A DNA stretch of 27,505 nucleotides from an uncultured Candidatus Saccharibacteria bacterium. GTDB taxonomy: Bacteria > Patescibacteriota > Minisyncoccia > Phycocordibacterales > UBA1006. The stretch covers positions 1 through 27,505 of the forward strand of contig CAYYES010000004.1 in the NCBI GenBank assembly GCA_964471025.1, read 5' to 3'. Under the pieces are notes generated by a model. It saw only the letters and a list, made by a program, of their open reading frames with translations, was not told the origin of the DNA and searched no databases. Position numbers and translations under genes: made by a program. Of the stretch, positions 9,029-16,952 are shown piece by piece. How positions within the stretch are numbered: the stretch's first letter is position 1; every line of letters begins with the position of its first letter.

Positions 9029-9063
9029 CCCCCTCTTTTAGAGGGGGTTAGGGGGTGTGTTTT
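9029..9063. repeat. Palindromic element family B, intergenic copy upstream of gyrB
   Basis: CCCCCTCT-ttt-AGAGGGGG-tta-GGGGGTGTGTTTT. It differs from the 11010 copy by one substitution and one indel. Confidence 0.88.
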
Positions 9064-9103
9064 ATAATTAAACTATTATATCACAAGGATATTTTGGGGA
9101 TAC

Positions 9104-9132
9104 TTGACTGTTAATATAATATATGCTATTGT
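9104..9132 (+). promoter_or_regulatory. Sigma70-type promoter of the 9166 gene
   Basis: TTGACT-N17-TATTGT with an extended -10 TG. Confidence 0.55.
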
Positions 9133-9165
9133 ATTATTAATTAACTAACCTAAACAACAATAAAT

Positions 9166-9492
9166 ATGGCTTTCAAGACAACCCTTCTTCAAGCGGCAAT
9201 AAACGCAAAAACTACTGAAATCAATTCTTTGGCCAAATCTTTTGGCTATCAAATGACTCCGTTAGTTACAAATGTCAAAAAGCTAAATACTGAATTCCAA
9301 AGAAAAGAACCTTCTCTTCTTCAGATTTCAAAACAGCTATTGAAATTAAAAAATTCAAAATTACAGCAGAACTCGACAAGAGCTTTCTACTATGTAAGTG
9401 ATGAAAGTACCTATTTAATGCAACAAATAGGGACGTTTGAAATACTTGCAGAAGAACTACGATACAAACTTGAATACAACGCGAATAACTAA
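9166..9492 (+). CDS. Hypothetical protein (108 aa), AT-rich
   Basis: ORF with its own promoter, an A-rich leader and a terminator. Confidence 0.65.
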   Translation: MAFKTTLLQAAINAKTTEINSLAKSFGYQMTPLVTNVKKLNTEFQRKEPSLLQISKQLLKLKNSKLQQNSTRAFYYVSDESTYLMQQIGTFEILAEELRYKLEYNANN

Positions 9493-9497
9493 CCACC

Positions 9498-9537
9498 AAC
9501 TGAGATCATTTTCCTTATATGATGATCTCAGTTTTTT
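9498..9537 (+). terminator. Terminator between convergent genes
   Basis: Perfect 12-bp stem AACTGAGATCAT/ATGATCTCAGTT followed by a T run. Confidence 0.65.
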
Positions 9538-11212
9538 ATTTCTCAATTTTTATATGCTCCCGCAAATAATCCTTCGTATCACCCACTTTTTTCCCGGGAT
9601 TGAAAATATTTTTCGGATCGAAAAGGGTCTTCGTAAATTTAAACAGTCCTGTAATAAACGGCCCGTACATTTTTTCCAAGTATGGCGTGCGAACAATGCC
9701 GTCGTTATGTTCGGCCGTGATTGATCCGCCGTAGGAAAGGACGAGGTCGTAAACTTTATCTGAAAGAGCCAAGATTAATGCCTTGTTTTCAGGCTTGCGC
9801 ATGTCCATCAGAGGAATAATATGGAAATTTCCGTTGCCTACGTGTCCTGCAATCGTGTAGGTAATATGCGCGTCATCCAGGAGCGTTTTTATTTTCGGCA
9901 TGAATTCAGGCAGAACGTCAGGAGGAACAATGATGTCGTCAATGAACGGCGCCGTGCGCGCGCCCTTTACATGCTTGCGCAGCAGATTGAACGATTCGCG
10001 GCGAATGCGCCAGTATTTTTCAGCCTCGGACGAATTGCGCGCACTATGCGTTTCGTACCCGAATTGTTTTTTTACCGCTGCTTCTATCAATCCGAGTTTC
10101 TCTGTTACCCCTCCCTCGCTTTCTCCTGTTACTTCAACGAGCACGGTCAGTTTCGGCATACCTCCACGCAATATTTTGATGCCGTCGGGAATCATGGCAA
10201 TGCCTAATTTAACAAAGCGCCACAGCCCCATCTGTTTCAGAAAATCAAAGAAAAACGTGAATGCCAGACGGAGACTATAATCATCAAATGATTCGATGCT
10301 TTCAGGCCGAAATGATACGAGTGTTTTTGCCAAATCCCCCACGCGATCAATTGAATTCATATAGATCGCAAGCACATTTGAAACCGGTGCAACCGGCACC
10401 AATTTCCACGTCATTTCCGTAACGATACCGAGGGTACCCTGGGACCCGACCAGCAATTTGTTCAAATCAAACACGCCAGTGTCCTTGTCCCACACGTTCC
10501 ACAAATAATATCCCGCCGAATTTTTCGAAACTTTGGGTTGTGCGTTTTTAATCGCATCGTAATTTTTTTCAATCGTTTCAAGGAGGCTTTTGTAGATACC
10601 GCCCTCGAAATCGCCCTGCGCGATTTTTGCATCCAACGCATCGCGCGACAGCGGTTTGACGACATATTCATTCCCATCGGAAAACACCACCTTGGTTTCG
10701 AGGATGTAATTTTCCATTTTGCCGTACTTGATTGATTTTTCCCCGCCCGCATTATTGCCGAACATACCGCCCGTTGCGCAAATATTTTTTGATGCGGTAT
10801 ACGCAGGCATCATGCGGCCCCGATCCAAGGTTTCCGTTTCAAGGTCCCGATACAGCAAGCCAGGCTGCATGACGGCAGCATCATCGGTGATCGAAATCAG
10901 CCGGTTCATATACCGCGTCACGTCGATGATTACCGAATCATTCAATGATCCGCCCGACATGCATGTTCCCGCAGCGCGCACGGTGAGCGAGATGTTGCGG
11001 TGTTCGGCGCCCCCTCTGTTAGAGGGGGTTGGGGGTGTGTTTTGTTCGTTCGCCCATTTCACCAAATTCTTGATATCCTCGGCATCGCGCGGAAATACAA
11101 CCGCCTGGGGCATTACCTCGAACAAGCTCGCATCATGCGCATACGCCGCACGCGTTGCCGCATCCGTTGCAATGTCGCCCTGAAATACCGGTTTGAGGGT
11201 GTCGAGATTCAT
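9536..11212 (-). CDS. FAD-binding oxidoreductase (D-lactate dehydrogenase / GlcD-like, FAD_binding_4 plus FAD-oxidase C-terminal domain)
   Basis: PQAVVFP, RAAGTCMSGGS, GGMFGNNAGG, LLVGSQGTLG, GHVGNGNFH, GSITAEHNDG. Start placed at ATG 11212, 6 nt after TATACT. Confidence 0.88.
   Translation of the reverse strand: MNLDTLKPVFQGDIATDAATRAAYAHDASLFEVMPQAVVFPRDAEDIKNLVKWANEQNTPPTPSNRGGAEHRNISLTVRAAGTCMSGGSLNDSVIIDVTRYMNRLISITDDAAVMQPGLLYRDLETETLDRGRMMPAYTASKNICATGGMFGNNAGGEKSIKYGKMENYILETKVVFSDGNEYVVKPLSRDALDAKIAQGDFEGGIYKSLLETIEKNYDAIKNAQPKVSKNSAGYYLWNVWDKDTGVFDLNKLLVGSQGTLGIVTEMTWKLVPVAPVSNVLAIYMNSIDRVGDLAKTLVSFRPESIESFDDYSLRLAFTFFFDFLKQMGLWRFVKLGIAMIPDGIKILRGGMPKLTVLVEVTGESEGGVTEKLGLIEAAVKKQFGYETHSARNSSEAEKYWRIRRESFNLLRKHVKGARTAPFIDDIIVPPDVLPEFMPKIKTLLDDAHITYTIAGHVGNGNFHIIPLMDMRKPENKALILALSDKVYDLVLSYGGSITAEHNDGIVRTPYLEKMYGPFITGLFKFTKTLFDPKNIFNPGKKVGDTKDYLREHIKIEK
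11010..11043. repeat. Palindromic element family B, in frame inside the FAD oxidoreductase (NTPPTPSNRGG)
   Basis: CCCCCTCT-gtt-AGAGGGGG-tt-GGGGGTGTGTTTT. Confidence 0.88.
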
Positions 11213-11274
11213 AATGGTAGTATATCGTACCCGATACTTGCGCAACAGTTTCCCGAAACTCATTTTTGTTGCAC

Positions 11275-11300
11275 AAAAAAAGACCCGCGTACGACGCGGG
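11275..11300 (-). terminator. Terminator of the 11324-11905 gene
   Basis: A-tract plus CCCGCGT-acg-ACGCGGG. Confidence 0.65.
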
Positions 11301-11323
11301 CCAGGGATGTTGCAGGTGATGGG

Positions 11324-11905
11324 TTAGAAACCCGAACCACCTGCCTTGAGAATTTCTTCTGCATCCTTCTTTCTAATTTGTAGAAATGTGTTTCCGTTCG
11401 ATTGATTTTGATCAATCGAATAGAAGTCCTTTGCCGAATAAAATCTTCCCTTGTCATAAAAGTAGATCGCAAACCCGTTCTCTCCGCCACCTTCAACCGT
11501 TTTAAACGGAATAAGCGGGAAGGGTTTTTCATCTTCTACCTTTGCCACAAAATAGCGGCCAAGGATTTTTTTCTCTTCGATACTCATTGAATTTCCTATA
11601 TAGGTTGTGTCATAGTACACAACGCTATCGCGTATTTCAACAACACGACAAGGAGTGTTTGCGGGAATAGTTATACGCTTATCCACAACTTTTAAGTTGT
11701 GGTTTTTCGTCGCCACACCCTCCGTTGGTTGGTTGTTTTTGATGAGTACCACTTCTGAACTGGTCCAGAATTGAAGGTTTTTAATGGTTTGAGCCGAGCA
11801 TATTCGGCTCATAGTGTCCGTAAACGGCACCTTGGGTGTAAGTAAATTTTGTGCTGTGGCATTGATGCCTAAGCATACTAAAATGGCTGCTACTATACTT
11901 TTCAT
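11324..11905 (-). CDS. Hypothetical exported protein (193 aa), AT-rich
   Basis: Signal-peptide-like N-terminus MKSIVAAILVCLGINATAQ, with its own promoter and terminator. Confidence 0.75.
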   Translation of the reverse strand: MKSIVAAILVCLGINATAQNLLTPKVPFTDTMSRICSAQTIKNLQFWTSSEVVLIKNNQPTEGVATKNHNLKVVDKRITIPANTPCRVVEIRDSVVYYDTTYIGNSMSIEEKKILGRYFVAKVEDEKPFPLIPFKTVEGGGENGFAIYFYDKGRFYSAKDFYSIDQNQSNGNTFLQIRKKDAEEILKAGGSGF

Positions 11906-11980
11906 GGTCTTGGTTTTTACTTGTTTTTGAATATTGGAATATTGTTTTGTTACAGAATGCCCGTTTTCAGGCTTGTTAAT

Positions 11981-12009
11981 ATCATAGCATATTTTGTGTA
12001 TATAGTCAA
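11981..12009 (-). promoter_or_regulatory. Sigma70-type promoter of the 11905 gene
   Basis: TTGACT-N17-TATGAT with an extended TG. Confidence 0.65.
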
Positions 12010-12045
12010 GTCCTCAAACGCCCCTAAACTCGATACAATAGGTTC

Positions 12046-12963
12046 ATGAAAAAACCGTTGGAAAATAATGATATTTTAGCTATCCTCCCCTTTGATCATC
12101 GCACCGGCCTCTATCGTGAGTTTGGATGGACCGAACCCCTGTCCGACGACCAAAAAAACCAGATGCGTCAAGGCCGCCGCCTCATCTATGACGCCATTAT
12201 CAAGGCCGTTGCGGACGGAATCCCCCAGGACCAGACCATCGTGTTTACCGACGACCTGTTCGGCGCCGAAATACTGCGCGATGCGCGCGCCGCAGGATTT
12301 ACCACCTCGCTCACCATGGAGCAAAGCGGTTTGCCGTATTTTGATTTCGAGCACGCTGATTTTGCCAGCGCCATAGAATCCATCCAACCCGACATGGTCA
12401 AGGCGCTCGTCAGGTACAATCCGGCAGGCGACGCATCAACAAACGCACAGAGTCGTCAGAACCTCAAACGATTATCTGACCATGCCCGAGAACACGGACT
12501 TTTGTTCCTCATTGAACCGCTGATCGCAGGCACGGAATCACAACTCGAAACCGTCGCTCGCGACAACCATCGGTTCGACCACGAGATCCGCCCGACACTT
12601 ACGGTGCAGATGATTCATGAATTGCAAAACGCCGGGATTGAACCCGACGTGTGGAAAATCGAAGGCTTTTCAGATCCTGAATCGTACCGAATGGCAGTAG
12701 CCGCCGCACAACAGGACGGCCGAACCGCGCACATCATTGCGCTCGGACGAAACGAATCTGACGAGGTAGTTGGGTCGTGGCTGCAAGCGGGCGCGCCCGT
12801 TCCCGGCGTGATCGGGTTTGCCGTCGGCAGGACCGTGTTTCTGGAACCATTGAAGCAATTCATGGCAGGAACTATTTCGCGCGAATCTGCTGTGTCTGCC
12901 ATTGCAGAAAAATTTAAATCGTTCTACGACGTCTTTATTGCAGCAAAGATTTCCAATCCGTAG
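12046..12963 (+). CDS. DUF2090 / IolC C-terminal-like class I aldolase-domain protein
   Basis: ILPFDHR, VKALVRYNP, FLIEPL, PDVWKIEG (putative Schiff-base Lys), GFAVGRTVF, consistent with a TIM-barrel aldolase. Confidence 0.82.
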   Translation: MKKPLENNDILAILPFDHRTGLYREFGWTEPLSDDQKNQMRQGRRLIYDAIIKAVADGIPQDQTIVFTDDLFGAEILRDARAAGFTTSLTMEQSGLPYFDFEHADFASAIESIQPDMVKALVRYNPAGDASTNAQSRQNLKRLSDHAREHGLLFLIEPLIAGTESQLETVARDNHRFDHEIRPTLTVQMIHELQNAGIEPDVWKIEGFSDPESYRMAVAAAQQDGRTAHIIALGRNESDEVVGSWLQAGAPVPGVIGFAVGRTVFLEPLKQFMAGTISRESAVSAIAEKFKSFYDVFIAAKISNP

Positions 12964-13792
12964 CGAATTTCTCAATTCCTTTGCGCGTCAATTCATGATC
13001 GATGTCATAGAGCACCCAGTCCTGATCAGGCAATTCCCGAAACGGAATTGCCTTTTTATCTGAAACGGAAAACGGGTAGAGCGACGGGTCCTTTTGAATT
13101 CCATACTGATGTGACCAGTCCTGCAACACCGCGATAGGGGCTGTAATGATGTCTGCTCCTGCGATCATGCTTGCAAACAAATGCTCGAGCCCGCGGATAC
13201 TCGCCGCCAAAACCTGCACGCGGCTCCCCCATGCCCGATACATCATGATGATATTTTTTACCACATCGATGCCGTGTTCGCCTCTATCGTCGAGGCGACC
13301 AATGAATGGCGATACATACACCTGGCCACGCGCATTACGCGTAGCAGCATGCACTGCCGCAGCCTGTTCCTGAGTAAAACAGAGCGTCATATTGATATTG
13401 ATGCCTTCGCCTGAAAGCACTTCTGCCGCCTCGAGCCCCGCGCGCGTAATCGGCAGTTTTACAAATATTCCAGGAAACCAGGCTGCGAGTTCTCGACCCT
13501 TGGTTATCATTTCATCAGCTGGGGTTGCCATATCGGCATATACCTCGGCTGAAACTGAACCGTTGGGTATCGTTTCATGGATCTGTTCGGCGATGCTGCG
13601 ATAAGCGTCCCACACGAGCGCATCCGTCAGGGCTCCCGATGCCTTGAGCTCGCTAATATGGGGGTTTTTTGCAATAAGGCTCGGGTTGGTCGTTTGTCCA
13701 TCCAAAAAGCCAAGCGCTCGGAGCGCCTCGCGCGTTTCTGCCGGATCGCCGGAATCAAGGAATATTTTTGAGGTAAGGTAAGCAGGTTTCAT
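12935..13792 (-). CDS. tal: Transaldolase (small Tal/FSA family)
   Basis: IFLDSGD, TTNPSL, VSAEV (Glu, Tal-type), VKLP, NMTLCF, YVSPFIGRLDD (Phe, Tal-type), LAASIR. The Glu plus Phe pair favours transaldolase over fructose-6-phosphate aldolase. Confidence 0.88.
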   Translation of the reverse strand: MKPAYLTSKIFLDSGDPAETREALRALGFLDGQTTNPSLIAKNPHISELKASGALTDALVWDAYRSIAEQIHETIPNGSVSAEVYADMATPADEMITKGRELAAWFPGIFVKLPITRAGLEAAEVLSGEGININMTLCFTQEQAAAVHAATRNARGQVYVSPFIGRLDDRGEHGIDVVKNIIMMYRAWGSRVQVLAASIRGLEHLFASMIAGADIITAPIAVLQDWSHQYGIQKDPSLYPFSVSDKKAIPFRELPDQDWVLYDIDHELTRKGIEKFATDWKSLLQ

Positions 13793-13821
13793 GAGGCTAT
13801 TTTATAGGATATAATACATTT

Positions 13822-14844
13822 ATGCTATTTTTCAAAAAATACCCGACATTCCTGGCAATCGGCGACGTGTTCATCGACACGTTCATTGAGCTTGCAGATG
13901 CGAATGTGCATTGCAACATCAATAATTCCGATTGTACTATTTCCATGAAATGGGGCGACAAAATCCCCTACGCAAACGAATGGCCAATTGTAGGGGTCGG
14001 CAACGCTGGAAATGCGGCCGTTATGGGCGCACGACTGGGATTGCCATCAGGAATTTTTGCAACCATCGGTTCTGATGATGACGGAGAAAAAATAAAAAAG
14101 GTATATGACCGCGAAGGAGTATTAACGCGTTACCTGACAACCGATCATAGCCTGCCGACCAACAACGCCTACGTGCTGTTGTTTAATGCCGAGAGGACGA
14201 TTCTCGTAAAACAGTTTGATTATTCCTATCACATTCCCTCATCGCTCCAGAACCATGCACCTTCCTGGATCTATCTCACCTCGCTCAACAAAGGATCCGT
14301 TTCATTCCATCAGGAATTAGCAGCATGGATCCGATCCCATCCCGAAACCCGCCTCGCCTTTCAGCCTGGGACGTTTCAGATGGAACTCGGGACCGACACG
14401 CTCAAGGAAATCTATGCAGCAACTCATATCTTTTTCTGCAACAAACAGGAAGCCCAGCGCATTTTGAAAACCGATTCCGAGGACTGGGCTACGTTGCATG
14501 CCGGCATCCGCGCACTTGGACCGAAATTAGTCGTCATTACGGACGGCGTCAATGGACTGACCGCATCTGACGAAACTGGCGCAGGCTATCACCTGCCGAT
14601 GTATCCGGATCCCAAACCGCCGATTGACCGTACGGGTGCAGGGGATGCATGCAGCTCGACGATTGTCGCGGCTATGCAACTCGAACTTCCCTTTCTCGAG
14701 GCACTGCGCTGGGGCCCCATCAATTCCATGTCTGTCGTACAATACATCGGCGCGCAACAGGGGCTGCTGTCACGCGAACAGCTCGAACATTACCTGGCAG
14801 ATGCGCCGGCCCATTACCACCTAACTCCCCTTTTCTCTTTATGA
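13822..14844 (+). CDS. PfkB/ribokinase-family carbohydrate kinase
   Basis: GNAGNAAV..ARLG, FCNKQEA, VITDG..G, and the DRTGAGDA anion-hole motif. Confidence 0.92.
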   Translation: MLFFKKYPTFLAIGDVFIDTFIELADANVHCNINNSDCTISMKWGDKIPYANEWPIVGVGNAGNAAVMGARLGLPSGIFATIGSDDDGEKIKKVYDREGVLTRYLTTDHSLPTNNAYVLLFNAERTILVKQFDYSYHIPSSLQNHAPSWIYLTSLNKGSVSFHQELAAWIRSHPETRLAFQPGTFQMELGTDTLKEIYAATHIFFCNKQEAQRILKTDSEDWATLHAGIRALGPKLVVITDGVNGLTASDETGAGYHLPMYPDPKPPIDRTGAGDACSSTIVAAMQLELPFLEALRWGPINSMSVVQYIGAQQGLLSREQLEHYLADAPAHYHLTPLFSL

Positions 14845-15110
14845 ACACCCCTGATTCAGCACCCCGAAATCCCGTTGACCAACAACATGTCAAAAATACC
14901 CGCGCCTCCATTGCCGAAGCAGAACGACATCTGAAAACAATTAACGAAGAGTTGGCGCGCCAGGAATCTGACGGACCTCATCCCAATTCAGCGGCAGTTG
15001 CTACGGCCAGACTGCAAGAAACCAGATCGGCACTCGAAGAAAAAATTTCCATCGCAAAAACCAAACTTGCAAACCTAGAAGACATCCATGGATCCGATTT
15101 TAACGAATAA
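14841..15110 (+). CDS. Hypothetical coiled-coil protein (89 aa)
   Basis: ATGA overlap with the kinase stop codon and an amphipathic helical sequence, followed by a terminator. Confidence 0.6.
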   Translation: MNTPDSAPRNPVDQQHVKNTRASIAEAERHLKTINEELARQESDGPHPNSAAVATARLQETRSALEEKISIAKTKLANLEDIHGSDFNE

Positions 15111-15131
15111 CAACCCTGCCGGGTTGTTATT
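15106..15131. terminator. Bidirectional terminator
   Basis: Perfect 11-bp stem AATAACAACCC-tgcc-GGGTTGTTATT between convergent stop codons. Confidence 0.7.
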
Positions 15132-15543
15132 TTTTCTTCTCTTCTTTTTTAAACAAACCGAAGAATCCGTTAACGATCGTGACCGCATGACGGTCCATTC
15201 CCTGCTTGCCGTCTTTTTTCTCTTTTTCCAATTCCTCTCCCCAGACCCACACATAGAACCAGAGAAACAGGAACGCAGTGACGATCATAAACAGTGGATC
15301 GGAATGGCGAAACAGCATGAAATACAAGACGATTCCCCCAATAATCACAACGGAAGTTTTGAACCATCCTACCGGACCGATATCCACCAACCAGAACCGA
15401 AACCTGATGTACATTTCCTCGAAAAAACCAACCGGTTTGTCGCCGACTTTTTTCTGCGAAGGGCCAAATGATTTCGCGAATTTTACGAAAAAATCCCTTA
15501 CGGACTGAATGTCCTGCTTGATGAGGTCATGGTTCAGTTCCAT
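15127..15543 (-). CDS. Hypothetical membrane protein (138 aa, two predicted TM helices)
   Basis: Two hydrophobic stretches. Start at ATG 15543, 7 nt downstream of TTGACT-N17-TAATGT (15579-15551). Confidence 0.7.
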   Translation of the reverse strand: MELNHDLIKQDIQSVRDFFVKFAKSFGPSQKKVGDKPVGFFEEMYIRFRFWLVDIGPVGWFKTSVVIIGGIVLYFMLFRHSDPLFMIVTAFLFLWFYVWVWGEELEKEKKDGKQGMDRHAVTIVNGFFGLFKKEEKKK

Positions 15544-15590
15544 AAGGGAAACATTACGTATTTTAATCAAAAAGTCAATGTGTTTATTCC

Positions 15591-15704
15591 GCGCCCTACG
15601 CGACGACTTCGTGGCGGCGCATTTTTCTCGACCGGTAACGGCTCGCGGCCGTCGCCGCCCCGGCTCTGCGAAAAAGTGCATCCGCCCCTCGTGTGCGTGG
15701 GCGC
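15591..15704. other. 114-nt GC-rich nested imperfect hairpin (candidate ncRNA or MITE/REP-like element)
   Basis: Seven nested complementary segments: GCGCCC/GGGCGC, ACGC/GCGT, ACGA/TCGT, GGCGG/CCGCC, GCATTTTTC/GAAAAAGTGC, CCGG/CCGG, ACGGC/GCCGT. Confidence 0.6.
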
Positions 15705-15713
15705 TATCCTCCG

Positions 15714-16709
15714 TCACTTTCTCCGGATAACATCACGCACGGCAATCATGATGGATTCCTGGTCCAGTTGGTAATGTTTCATCAATTCATTAGGCGTGCC
15801 GGATTGTCCGAACTGGTCGCGCACGCCGATAAATTCCATCGGCACGGGATGCTCCTCGGCCAATACTTCGGCAACGGCGGATCCCATGCCGCCCATGATT
15901 TGATGTTCCTCGCAGGCAACAATCACACCCGCCGATTTTGCAAGGTTCACGATTGCATCGCGGTCAATCGGCTTGATCGTGTGCAAATTGATGACGGTTG
16001 CATTGATGCCCTCGTTCCCCAATTGCTGCGCGGCAAGGATTGCTGGGTAGACCAGACTGCCGCAGGCAATAATGCCGACATCAGGATGTTCTCCGTCAGC
16101 CGACGGATCAAATACCGCATATGCTTTCCCAATCTCAAAAGGAGTCTCTGCGGTAGTAAACGACGGCACGTTGGCACGTCCCAATCGCAGATAAGCCGGT
16201 TTTCTTCGGTCAGTTGATGGAAGAGCAATTGCAAGGGTCGCCTTGCGCGCTTCCTCGGCATCGGCTGGCACGATTACTGTCATATTCGGCATGCTGCGCA
16301 TGATGGCAATATCCTCGAGTGCCTGATGCGTCGCACCATCGGGACCGACCGTCAGCCCTGCATGACAGCCGATGATTTTCACCGGCACGCTATTGATCGC
16401 AATCGTCGTGCGGATTTGTTCCAAGTTGCGCCCCGGCGAAAATGTTGCATACGACGTAATGAATGGAATTTTGCCGTAATTGGCGAGTCCCGATGCAACG
16501 GTTGCAAGGTTTTGTTCAGCCACCCCCATTTCAATAAATCGTTCCGGGAATTGTTTTGAAAATTCCTCGACACGCGTAGATTCCTTGAGGTCTGCCGAAA
16601 GGGCGACGATGCGATCGTCAATTTTTGCTGCCTCGATCAAACCAATCCCGAATCCGTCGCGGGTGGGTTTTGGTTCACCAGTATCAAGTTTGAGCGTTTT
16701 TACGAGCAT
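15714..16709 (-). CDS. tkt: Transketolase, C-terminal (pyrimidine-binding) subunit
   Basis: TRDGFG, ADL..ST, EMGVAEQN, GPDGATHQ, YLRLGR, EEHQ..GG.GS, FGQSG. Confidence 0.94.
   Translation of the reverse strand: MLVKTLKLDTGEPKPTRDGFGIGLIEAAKIDDRIVALSADLKESTRVEEFSKQFPERFIEMGVAEQNLATVASGLANYGKIPFITSYATFSPGRNLEQIRTTIAINSVPVKIIGCHAGLTVGPDGATHQALEDIAIMRSMPNMTVIVPADAEEARKATLAIALPSTDRRKPAYLRLGRANVPSFTTAETPFEIGKAYAVFDPSADGEHPDVGIIACGSLVYPAILAAQQLGNEGINATVINLHTIKPIDRDAIVNLAKSAGVIVACEEHQIMGGMGSAVAEVLAEEHPVPMEFIGVRDQFGQSGTPNELMKHYQLDQESIMIAVRDVIRRK
16091..16109. repeat. Palindromic element family A, in frame in tkt-C (DPSADGE)
   Basis: CTCCGTCAGCCGACGGATC, 16/19 identical to 24752-24770 with a compensatory base-pair change. 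Confidence 0.75.
16204..16223. repeat. Degenerate family A copy in tkt-C (LPSTDR)
   Basis: Core TCGGTCAGTTGATGGA is 13/16 identical to TCCGTCAGCTGACGGA and is read in the same codon phase as the other copies. Confidence 0.45.
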
Positions 16710-16711
16710 AA

Positions 16712-16951
16712 TCAAGAAAGTATTCTAATTATTGCAACAAGGCCAATGAAAATCCAGACAATGTTCAGAACGGTTGGCTGCCAATCTTTTTTAGACGAAG
16801 CTTCGATTACAATTCCTAATGATCCTAGAATATTCATCGCCTGGTAAGGAACGGCTCTTGCTGAAAGCAAATTAAAACTTACTGCAAAATAAGCACCGAT
16901 GATAAGAACTGCCCCAGCCCAACCAATTATTTGAAAAAGTCGTTTATTCAT
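16712..16951 (-). CDS. Small membrane protein (CBU_0592-like, 79 aa)
   Basis: IIGWAGAVLIIGAYF...YQAMNILGS...VLNIVWIFI, about three TM helices, packed between the tkt subunits. Confidence 0.7.
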   Translation of the reverse strand: MNKRLFQIIGWAGAVLIIGAYFAVSFNLLSARAVPYQAMNILGSLGIVIEASSKKDWQPTVLNIVWIFIGLVAIIRILS

Positions 16952-16952
16952 G

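Noticed and set aside
15591-15704. SRP (4.5S) RNA or tRNA
   Set aside because: The length and rod shape fit SRP, but neither strand has the CAGG…GNRA…AGCAG helix-8 motif, and there is no cloverleaf or TTC-loop.
15544-15717. N-terminal extensions in the ORF track (15717, 11263, 17909, 18492, 23016, 25943, 16975, 6277, 14649 starts)
   Set aside because: They overlap neighbouring genes, promoters or the hairpin. Downstream ATGs with -10 boxes or stop/start coupling fit better.
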